From Octopus sinensis (Eukaryota), in the NCBI RefSeq assembly GCF_006345805.1, contig NW_021836180.1, positions 124,001 to 188,000 on the forward strand: a DNA stretch of 64,000 nt, in the 5' to 3' direction. The translations under genes and the position numbers were made by a program. Under the pieces are notes generated by a model that searched no databases, was not told the DNA's origin, and saw only the letters and a list, made by a program, of their open reading frames with translations. Numbering within the stretch: position 1 is the stretch's first letter; each line of letters begins with the position of its first letter. Positions 12,044 to 22,288 of the stretch are shown here, piece by piece.

Positions 12044-14338
12044 CTAGGCAACCATTTTGTTTTTTATGAAGTTTGTAGCTTTTTCTAGTAACTTCTCTGA
12101 ATTCATTGGTTGTATATTCTGAGATTCCAGCCACTCAATTGCTTTCTTTTCCATTAATTCCCATTCACAATGCTGGGAAGCTATTTTTTCTCTTAGTACA
12201 GCAACAACAAGAGCTGTAGCCCATACTTTATCACTAAGAGATGGATTCTCATCGTTCAGATCCTTAAGAGAAATATTGAGAGCTTGAGCCAATTGATCAT
12301 CTAGATTCCAGAAACCAGAGAAAGCTTGTAGATCAACCAAACATGTTAAAATGTCCTTAATTGTTCCCTTTGAAGAGGTTAAGTCTGAGTGAGGCGACTG
12401 TCTTGAATTCTCAGCATTTATACTTAAGGAATTATTTATGGAAGCATACATTCCAGCAATAACTTCTCTTGGACGTACTGGCATTGGCTCTGATTGTTGT
12501 AAAACTTTTTTGGACTTACACAAAAGTTTTGGTTGTGGCGAAGAAGCACAATAACGTATGGCTCTATGTTTTGGAGCTGCCATAGAGGCCATTTGAAAAT
12601 CCAATCGAACATGTTCATCCAAACCAACAAAACTTGTGTACTTTGAAACTAAATTAGCCATTGTACCCAAATCGATAATCTCTGATTTTATTTCATCACC
12701 TTTACCCAAATCTTCATTTAATTCCAATTCCTGTATTTTCCTTTTCACACAAAGACGGTGTATTGTCATTTCCTTATTATTCTGTCCCAACAGACTTGCT
12801 TCAAAATCAAGTGAAAAGTCTGATTCACCAATTTTACCACAAAGATTCAATTTCACATTTTTGCAACTAGTCTCAGCTTCATGCAAAACTAGATAAAGGA
12901 TTAATTTTTCTTCACTGAAAATACATGGCAGCCTTTCTGGAACTGAAATAAAGGATAATTCTTTATTGTTTTCACCATGTTTAGCAGAGAGACAAACCGA
13001 AGATACAAATGGTTGCATTGACAATTTTAATAAACGCATAACTTTTGCCTTAAGGTTGTCGTTTGTCATCACAAACTCTGCTTGTCCCTTCCCTGCGCGG
13101 GCAATACCTTTGACCAATTCTGTAGAAGCTCCAGAACCAATACCAATTGTGAAGTATCGTGTGTTGTTTACTTGTGACTTGACCAATTGAATGACATCGT
13201 TTGTGTTGTAGACAGCACCATCAGTTATTAAGAATACTTGTCGATGGAAATTTTGAAATGGTTTTTTGTCAGAGAGTGATTTCAGTGCACTAAGAATTTC
13301 TGTCCCTCCCGAAGCATATAGATTTTTCTGAAATTTCAATGCTTCATTCAGAGAATCTTCACTATATTCTCGGCTTCCTTCTTTGAACAGAAATTCAAAA
13401 TCATTATTGAAGCTGATAGCATTAAATGAGCAACCCAAAGGTAAACTTTTTAAGAAAAGTAACAAAGTATCTTTTGCTGCTTCAATTTTCTCTCCAGTCA
13501 TGCTTCCTGAGCGATCAATAACAAAAATATAGTCATTAGCGGCAGATTGTTTTACTTGCGGAAGTTCTGGAAACACATTTATCATCATAATATCTTTAGA
13601 AAACATTCCTTTAGAATTCTCATCTCTTTTCTCTAAAATTACTTGTGGTTTTTCTACATCTTCATAGTACACTTGCAGAAGAAGGTCTTTCTCAAAATTG
13701 AATTCCTTTGCCATTCTCACAGTAGCATGACACTTGTTATCCTGATATTCCACGTTAACTGGATGTTCTGATTTGATGTCTTTGATTTGTGAATTCCAGT
13801 TGACAGAGGCATTGAAACTAAACTCTTTTGGTTTAGGTGCATTTTGATAATTTTCATCTGCAGGTTTAAGACCATATCTGGGATTAAGCACAAATGGCAT
13901 ATGAAATTTCACTGCCCCATCAACTTCACAAGAAAGTTCAGAAACAAGGCATATTTGTAAATGGATCTTTTCATTTGCTGGAATATTACCTAAACTATAC
14001 TCAAAAATATCGCCAGATGTACTTGTCTCTCGCAACAAAATGGCAGACTGACCTTTATCTACAGCTTGTTTGTATTCCTTTTTGGCAACATCTTTGTCTT
14101 TAGATTTGGCAACTAAATGGACATCACCAATTTTAGCTTCGAATTTATATACGGCACTGTCTTCTTCCACAGGGAAAACAAACTTAGCTTCTGTCTTGTG
14201 TTGGCTTTCATTTATATATTCAGCCTCGATGTTGACGTGTGACGTAAAACCATTAATGGAAATCGTGTGTGTGGCATAGAGAAGAGAAACCTTTGTTTTA
14301 TTTTCACAGATGATTCCAAATACCATTAGTCTATTCAT
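12044..14338 (-). CDS. VWA5A: VWA5A-like protein (VIT + vWA + C-terminal helical region), copy B, intact 764 aa, intronless CDS
   Basis: Open 764-aa ORF. N-terminal VIT domain (EAKFVFP..SAVYKFEAKIG..GDIFEYSLGNIPANE), vWA MIDAS elements FVIDRSGSM, GGTE and LITDG, and C-terminal LQAFSGFW..VWATALVVA..W..EKKA..WL typical of VWA5A/PARP4-type proteins. No hydrophobic signal peptide. The symbol is a family-level call. Confidence 0.9.
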   Translation of the reverse strand: MNRLMVFGIICENKTKVSLLYATHTISINGFTSHVNIEAEYINESQHKTEAKFVFPVEEDSAVYKFEAKIGDVHLVAKSKDKDVAKKEYKQAVDKGQSAILLRETSTSGDIFEYSLGNIPANEKIHLQICLVSELSCEVDGAVKFHMPFVLNPRYGLKPADENYQNAPKPKEFSFNASVNWNSQIKDIKSEHPVNVEYQDNKCHATVRMAKEFNFEKDLLLQVYYEDVEKPQVILEKRDENSKGMFSKDIMMINVFPELPQVKQSAANDYIFVIDRSGSMTGEKIEAAKDTLLLFLKSLPLGCSFNAISFNNDFEFLFKEGSREYSEDSLNEALKFQKNLYASGGTEILSALKSLSDKKPFQNFHRQVFLITDGAVYNTNDVIQLVKSQVNNTRYFTIGIGSGASTELVKGIARAGKGQAEFVMTNDNLKAKVMRLLKLSMQPFVSSVCLSAKHGENNKELSFISVPERLPCIFSEEKLILYLVLHEAETSCKNVKLNLCGKIGESDFSLDFEASLLGQNNKEMTIHRLCVKRKIQELELNEDLGKGDEIKSEIIDLGTMANLVSKYTSFVGLDEHVRLDFQMASMAAPKHRAIRYCASSPQPKLLCKSKKVLQQSEPMPVRPREVIAGMYASINNSLSINAENSRQSPHSDLTSSKGTIKDILTCLVDLQAFSGFWNLDDQLAQALNISLKDLNDENPSLSDKVWATALVVAVLREKIASQHCEWELMEKKAIEWLESQNIQPMNSEKLLEKATNFIKNKMVA

Positions 14339-14354
14339 GTTTGCAATGAAAGTG

Positions 14355-14378
14355 CTAGATAAAATAGAAGGAGAAACA
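14355..14378 (-). other. Splice acceptor upstream of copy B (same in D at ~44299-44322)
   Basis: Minus strand TTTCTCCTTCTATTTTATCTAG|CACTTTCATTGCAAAC-ATG: polypyrimidine tract plus AG, 16 nt before the ATG. Confidence 0.6.
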
Positions 14379-15339
14379 TCTTATTTAGAAATGATATATA
14401 CATGTTGCATTTAAAAGGTTATTTTATTTTTGGTGAGAGATGATAGTGCTAAGTAAATATGACTTCTAATTGCCAGGTCCATTGACAGCAGTTATCCTGA
14501 TAATGTTCTTGGAGGTGCACATGTATGTGTGTGTGGAAGTATGAAGAATCTATTACCACTGCTGTTGCTGCTACAACTCCTACTACTACAAAAAGTACTG
14601 TTGCCACTGGTTGTGCCCTTGTGCTGGTGAATGAGGTAGAGATGGTACACAAATGATGACAATGTTGTCAGAGACAATCATATTTTGCTCCAGCTTGACC
14701 TTGTTCCTCCACAATGATAGTGAAAAGTGTATTGCCCATGACAATCCCATCTCTGTACATACACAGCTTATCTAGTTCTACATTATATAGTGTGATCCTC
14801 CTCATTTAGAGATGGCTGAGTGTGATATGAGGGAGAATTTGTTACTGTTTCTTGTTGGTATGTTATTGTTGTTGAAACTTAAGTCAAACCTAAACAGACA
14901 AAACTATAATAAAAATAAATTCTAGTCACAATCAAGCCATCTCTCATGACACAGTTTATCTTAGACTATATCATCCTATGTGTTCTTCCTATGTTTTAAA
15001 GACTGCAGGTCATGACTTGAGAGAGGTGCTTGTTACTTATAGCAGGTCAATAAACCCCATAGTGTATATTGAATTGGCTCATTATGTTTACTGTTGTTGT
15101 TGTTGTTGTTATCATCATCATTATCATCATCATCAAAGCGGCAAACTCGCAGAATCGTTAGCATGCTGGGTGAAATGCTTAGCCGTATTTTGTCTGCTGC
15201 TATGTTCTGATTTCAAATTCTGGTCAACTTTGATTTTCATCCTTTCCGAGTCGATAAATTAAGTACCAGTTAAACACTGGGGTCAATGTAATCAACTAGT
15301 CCCCTCCCACCAAATTTCAGGATTATTATTATTATTATG

Positions 15340-15676
15340 TGAAGGTGCAAGGCTCAGTGGTTAGAGCATCGAGCTTACAATCGTGAGGTTGTGAGTTCAA
15401 ATCTCGGAGCGGGCTGCGTGTTGTGTTCTTGAGCAAGACACTTTATTTCACATTGCTCTAGTTCACTGAGCTGTAGAAATGAGTTGTGACGTCACAGGTG
15501 CCAAGCTGTATTGGCCCTTTTGCCTTTCCCTTGGATAACACTGGTGGTGTGGAGAGGGGAGGCTGGAATGCGTGGGCGACTGCCGGTCTTCCATAAACAA
15601 CCTTGCCCGGACTTGTGCCTGAGAGGGTAACTTTCAAGGTGCAATCCCATGGTCAGTCATGACCGAAGAGGGTCTC
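15340..15676 (+). mobile_element. tRNA-derived SINE (family 3)
   Basis: A box GGCTCAGTGG and B box GAGTTCAAATC followed by a body shared with 19066-19400, 45280-45615 and 53291-53628. Confidence 0.7.
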
Positions 15677-16315
15677 AGCTCAGCATTATTATTATTATCA
15701 TAATTATTATTAAGGCAGTGAGCAGGCAGAATCGTTAGCATACCAGGCAAAATGCTAACCAGTATTTTACTTGTCTTCACAGTCTGAGTTTAAATTATGC
15801 CAAGGTTGACTTTGCCTTTCATCCTCTTAGGGTCAATAAAATAAGTACCAGTTGATCATCGGTGTTTACATTGATCACTGGAGTCGATGTAGTGTACTTC
15901 CCCTTTCCTGAAAACTGCTGGCCTTGTGCCAAAATTTGAAACTATTATCATTTTTTGTCAGGGCATGGATTGGTAGAATCACTGGCGCATGGGGTAAAAT
16001 GTTATGTGTTGTTTCTTCTGGCTCTTTATGTCCTGAGTTCAAATCCCACCAAGGTCAATTTTGCCTTTATTCTTTCAGATTCAACAAAATCAAGAAACAG
16101 TTAAATACTGGTGTCCATGGTACCAATTAAGCCCCTTCTACTCCCATTTCAAAATTTCAGGCCCTTTGCCCACATTAGAAATTATGATTTGTATTAATTA
16201 TTATCTCGTCAGTGATGAGTGAGCAGACTCGTTAGAATGTTGAACAAAATATTTAGTGGTATTTCATTCACTAAAACTGCTGGCCTTGTGCCAAAATCTG
16301 AAATCATTATCTGTG

Positions 16316-16346
<31 letters not shown>

Positions 16347-16649
16347 CAGTAGTAGTACAAATGGGAGTAGTAGAAGCAGCAGCTTTAGTCATTTTTATTT
16401 TAGCTCAGACATGATTAAGGTAACCTAATTTCAAAGGTATTCTAACCATTAAAATCCTGTCTTTTTGTTAATTGAAGGAGGCTTGGCACTAGTTCTAGCA
16501 TGTTGAGTGACTACATAGCATAAGAATGAAAGTAATTTTAAGGAATGCTCTCAAAAGCTATTCAAATGAACAGATATTGCCCTCAAATTTCGAAATGCAT
16601 AAAAATACAGCAATCGGTCATAGACTCATGTCATGTATTAATTATATAT

Positions 16650-17047
16650 ACTCTTCTACTTGTTTCAGTCATTTGACTGTGGCCATGCTGGAGCACCGCC
16701 TTAAGTCGAACAAATCGACCCCAGGACTTATTCTTTGTAAGCCTAGTACTTATTCTATTGGTCTCTTTTGCTGAACTGCTAAGTTACGGGGATGTAAACA
16801 CACCACCATCGGTTGTCAAGCTATGTTGGGGAGAACAAACACAAACACATAAACACTCACACAAGTATACATATATATATATATATATACGACGGGCTTA
16901 GTTTCCATCTACCAAATCCACTCACAAGGCTTGGTTGGCCCGAGGCTATAGTAGAAGGCACTTGCCCAAGGTGCCATGCAGTGGGAATGAACCTGGAACC
17001 ATGTGGTTGGTAAGCAAACTACTTACCTCACAGCCACTCCTGCACCT
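16650..17047 (-). mobile_element. tRNA-derived SINE (family 1, octopus OR/OK-like)
   Basis: Head AGGAGTGGCTGTG..GGTTC, internal (TA)n(TG)n, tail CCAGCATGGCCACAGTCAAATGACTGAAACAAGTA. Copies at 20505-20900 and 46715-47108. Confidence 0.75.
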
Positions 17048-20000
17048 ATATAAAAAATGAAATATGCAGCATGTTGACAGAGCGGCTAACTGGCTTCCAT
17101 ACCAGTGGCACATAAAAAGCACCATTCGTGTGTGATCGTTACCAGTATTGCCTTACTAGCACTTGTGCCCGTGCTAGTAGGGTGCCAAGAGCACCATCCG
17201 AGTGTGATTGTTGCCACAGGGCACCATTCATGCATGAACGTTACCAGCGCGGCCTTACTGGCACCTGTGCCGGTAGCACGTGTAAAAAGATTCGAGCGAG
17301 GTCATTGCCAGTACCGCCTGACTGGCCTCCGTGCAGATGGCATGTAAAAAGCACTCACTACACTCTCGGAGTGGTTGGCGTTAGGAATGGCATCCAGCTG
17401 TAGAAACTCTGCCAGATCAAGATTGGAGCCCGGTGCAGCCATCTGGTTTGCCAGCCCTCAGTCAAAATCGTCCAACCCGTGCTAGCATGGAAAGCGGACG
17501 TTAAACGATGATGATGATGATGATGTGAATTTCGTGCGCAGAAACTGTGTGGAAGCCATCTTTGTGTCTGAGTATAATATATATATGAATATATGTGTGT
17601 GTGTTTGTGTGTATGAGCACAGGTGTAGCTGTGTGGTAAGAAGTTTGCTTCCCAACCATATGCTTCTAGGTTCAGTCCCACAGGGTGGAACATTTGAGCA
17701 AATGTCTTCTACTATAGCCTCGGGGACAAGTGAAGCCTAATAAGTGGATTTGGTAGACAGAATCAGAAAGAAGCACAGTGTGTGTATGTGTGTGAGAGAG
17801 AGAGTATTTCTTTATTCACCACAAGGTTGAGAAAAAGAGGGGACAAAACAAACGTTGGGGTCAGGGTATCGAATGAGACGAAACGTATGAATAAACAAAC
17901 AATTAAAATCTATACAATTAAATGAGAATGAGTGAATAACAAAAAATGAAGCAGAGGACGCAGTTGACCCCACAAACCCCATACTCACACTGAAGACTTT
18001 GCTTTCTCCTTTTTTACATTCTCAATTAAACAGGTTCTTTCACTCGCAACATATTTGCTATAGACTTCTATCTTTTACGAAACACACTTTGCGACAGGCA
18101 TTTCTTCTCCAGCCTTATTTTCCGTTTCATGTGGAAAACGAAAAAGTTGATTAGCTGGAGACTGGAGATAAACATGCCTGTTGCAATCCTTTTACTCTCG
18201 TCTCTTTCACCATAGCAACTACCGAGATAAAAAACAGGCTCGCTCCCCCTAAGAGTCCGTGTAAGTATGAAGAATCTATTACCACTGCTGCTGTTGCTGC
18301 TACAACTCCTACTACTACAAAAAGTACTGTTGCCACTGGTTGTGCCCTTGTGCTGGTGAATGATGAGGTAGAGATGGTACACAAATGATGACAATGTTGT
18401 CAGAGACAATCATATTTTGCTCCAGCTTGACCTTGTTCCTCCACAATGATAGTGAAAAGTGTATTGCCCATGACAATCCCATCTCTGTACATGCACAGCT
18501 TATCTAGTTCTACATTATATAGTGTGATCCTCCTCATTTAGAGATGGCTGAGTGTGATATGAGGGAGAATTTGTTACTGTTTCTTGTTGGTATGTTATTG
18601 TTGTTGAAACTTAAGTCAAACCTAAACAGACAAAACTATAATAAAAATAAATTCTAGTCACAATCAAGCCATCTCTCATGACACAGTTTATCTTAGACTA
18701 TATCATCCTATGTGTTCTTCCTATGTTTTAAAGACTGCAGGTCATGACTTGAGAGAGGTGCTTGTTACTTATAGCAGGTCATAAACCCCATAGTGTATAT
18801 TGAATTGGCTCATTATGTTTACTGTTGTTGTTGTTGTTATCATCATCATTATCATCATCATCAAAGCGGCAAACTCGCAGAATCGTTAGCATGCTGGGTG
18901 AAATGCTTAGCCGTATTTTGTCTGCTGCTATGTTCTGATTTCAAATTCTGGTCAACTTTGTTTTTCATCCTTTCCGAGTCGATAAATTAAGTACCAGTTA
19001 AACACTGGGGTCAATGTAATCAACTAGTCCCCTCCCACTAAATTTCAGGATTATATTATTATTATGTGAAGGTGCAAGGCTCAGTGGTTAGAGCATCGAG
19101 CTTACAATCGTGAGGTTGTGAGTTCAAATCCTGGAGCGGGCTGCGTGTTGTGTTCTTGAGCAAGACACTTTATTTCACGTTGCTCTAGTTCACTGAGCTG
19201 TAGAAATGAGTTGTGACGTCACAGGTGCCAAGCTGTATGGCCTTTGCCTTTCCCTTGGATAACACTGGTGGTGTGGAGAGGGGAGGCTGGTATGCATGGG
19301 CGACTGCCGGTCTTCCATAAACAACCTTGCCCGGACTTGTGCCTGAGAGGGTAACTTTCAAGGTGCAATCCCATGGTCAGTCATGACCGAAGAGGGTCTC
19401 AGCTCAGCATTATTATTATTATCATAATTATTATTAAGGCAGTGAGCAGGCAGAATCGTTAGCATACCAGGCGAAATGCTAACCAGTATTTTACTTGTCT
19501 TCACAGTCTGAGTTTAAATTCTGCCAAGGTTGGCTTTGCCTTTCATCCTCTTAGGGTCAATAAAATAAGTACCAGTTGATCATCCGTGTTTACATTGATC
19601 ACTGGAGTCGATGTAGTGTACTTCCCCTTTCCCTGAAACTGCTGGCCTTGTGCCAAAATTTGAAACTATTATCATTTTTTGTCAGGGCATGGATTGTGTA
19701 GAATCACTGGCGCATGGGGTAAAATGTTATGTGTTGTTTCTTCTGGCTCTTTATGTCCTGAGTTCAAATCCCACCAAGGTCAATTTTGCCTTTATTCTTT
19801 CAGATTCAACAAAATCAAGAAACAGTTAAATACTGGTGTCCATGGTACCAATTAAGCCCCCTTCTACTCCCATTTCAAAATTTCAGGCCCTTTGCCCACA
19901 TTAGAAATTATGATTTGTATTAATTATTATCTCGTCAGTGATGATGAGTGAGCAGACTCGTTAGAATGTTGAACAAAATATTTAGTGGTATTTCATTCAG

Positions 20001-20163
20001 CTCTTATTTTCTGAATTGAAATTTTGCTGAGGTCAGCTTGGCCTTCATGTAGTGGAGGGTTGAGAAATCCAAGTACCAGTCATGTATTGAGGTTAATGTA
20101 ACCAATAATCTCCTGCCACTAAAACTGCTGGCCTTGTGCCAAAATCTGAAATCATTATCTGTG

Positions 20164-20197
<34 letters not shown>

Positions 20198-22288
20198 CAG
20201 TAGTAGTACAAATGGGAGTAGTAGAAGCAGCAGCTTTAGTCATTTTTATTTTAGCTCAGACATGATTAAGGTAACCTAATTTCAAAGGTATTCTAACCAT
20301 TAAAATCCTGTCTTTTTGTTAATTGAAGGAGGCTTGGCACTAGTTCTAGCATGCATGTTGAGTGACTACATAGCATAAGAATGAAAGTAATTTTAAGGAA
20401 TGCTCTCAAAAGCTATTCAAATAAACTGATATTGCCCTCAAATTTCGAAATGCATAAAAATACAGCAATCGGTCATAGACTCATGTCATGTATTAATTAT
20501 ATATACTCTTCTACTTGTTTCAGTCATTTGACTGTGGCCATGCTGGAGCACCGCCTTAAGTCGAACAAATCGACCCCAGGACTTATTCTTTGTAAGCCTA
20601 GTACTTATTCTATTGGTCTCTTTTGCTGAACTGCTAAGTTACGGGGATGTAAACACACCACCATCGGTTGTCAAGCTATGTTGGGGAGAACAAACACAAA
20701 CACATAAACACTCACACAAGTATACATATATATATATATATACGACGGGCTTAGTTTCCATCTACCAAATCCACTCACAAGGCTTTGGTTGGCCCGAGGC
20801 TATAGTAGAAGGCACTTGCCCGAGGTGCCATGCAGTGGGAATGAACCTGGAACCATGTGGTTGGTAAGCAAACTACTTAGCTCACAGCCACTCCTGCACC
20901 TATATAAAAAATGAAATATGCAGCATGTTGACAGAGCAGCTAACTGGCTTCCATACCAGTGGCACATAAAAAGCACCATTCGCGTGTGATCGTTACCAGT
21001 ATTGCCTTACTAGCACTTGTGCGCGTGCTAGTAGGGTGCCAAGAGCACCATCCGAGTGTGTGATTGTTGCCACAGGGCACCATTCATGCATATGAACGTT
21101 ACCAGCGCGGCCTTACTGGCACCTGTGCCGGTAGCACGTGTAAAAAGATTCGAGCGAGGTCATTGCCAGTACCGCCTGACTGGCCTCCGTGCAGATGGCA
21201 TGTAAAAAGCACTCACTACACTCTCGGAGTGGTTGGCGTTAGGAATGGCATCCAGCTGTAGAAACTCTGCCAGATCAAGATTGGAGCCCGGTGCAGCCAT
21301 CTGGTTTGCCAGCCCTCAGTCAAAATCGTCCAACCCGTGCTAGCATGGAAAGCGGACGTTAAACGATAATGATGATGATGATGTGAATTTCGTGCGCAGC
21401 GAAGAAACTGTGTGGAAGCCATCTTTGTGTCTGAGTATAATATATATATGAATATATGTGTGTGTGTTTGTGTGTATGAGCACAGGTGTAGCTGTGTGGT
21501 AAGAAGTTTGCTTCCCAACCATATGCTTCTAGGTTCAGTCCCACAGGGTGGAACATTTGAGCAAATGTCTTCTACTATAGCCTCGGGGACAAGTGAAGCC
21601 TAATAAGTGGATTTTGGTAGACAGAATCAGAAAGAAGCACAGTGTGTGTATGTGTGTGTGAGAGAGAGAGTATTTCTTTATTCACCATAAGGTTGAGAAA
21701 AAGAGGGGACAAAACAAACGTTGGGGTCAGGGTATCGAATGAGACGAAACGTATGAATAAAACAAACAAACAATTAAATCTATACAATTAAATGAGAATG
21801 AGTGAATAACAAAAAATGAAGCAGAGGACGCAGTTGACCCCACAAACCCCATACTCACACTGAAGACTTTGCTTTCTCCTTTTTTACATTCTCAATTAAA
21901 AGGTTCTTTCACTCGCAACATATTGCTATAGACTTCTATCTTTTACGAAAACACACTTTGCGACAGGCATTTCTTCTCCAGCCTTATTTTCCGTTTCATG
22001 TGGAAAACGAAAAAGTTGATTAGCTGGAGACTGGAGATAAACATGCCTGTTGCAATTCCTTTACTCTCGTCTTCTTTCACCATAGCAACTACCGAGAGAA
22101 AAACAGGGCTCGCTCTCCTAAGAGTCCGTGTATCTCCTTTTGTCCTCCACCACAACTGGTGTTTGTTTGCTTAAGTGTATGTAACTTAGCAGTTCGACAA
22201 AATAACCAACAGAATGAGAACCAGGGTTAAACAAAAAAATATTGAGTCAATTCGTTTTGGCTAAAATCTCTTCAAGATGGTGCCCCAG

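Larger units (their letters stand above)
14537..22132 (+). repeat. Internal tandem duplication (14537-18262 and 18263-22132); single copy in unit 2 (44481-48329)
   Basis: Junction AAGAGTCCGTGTA|AGTATGAAGAATC at ~18262. Confidence 0.85.

Noticed and set aside
10865-14279. Plus-strand ORFs repeated at each VWA5A copy (MYFETKLA.., MFSPCLAE.., MAYEISLP..)
   Set aside because: Antisense shadows of the real CDS, repeated only because the gene is duplicated.
15345-15415. tRNA-like sequences with A and B boxes (also ~19075, 45290, 53300, 56210)
   Set aside because: No complete cloverleaf, and each continues into a shared SINE body, so they are SINE heads.
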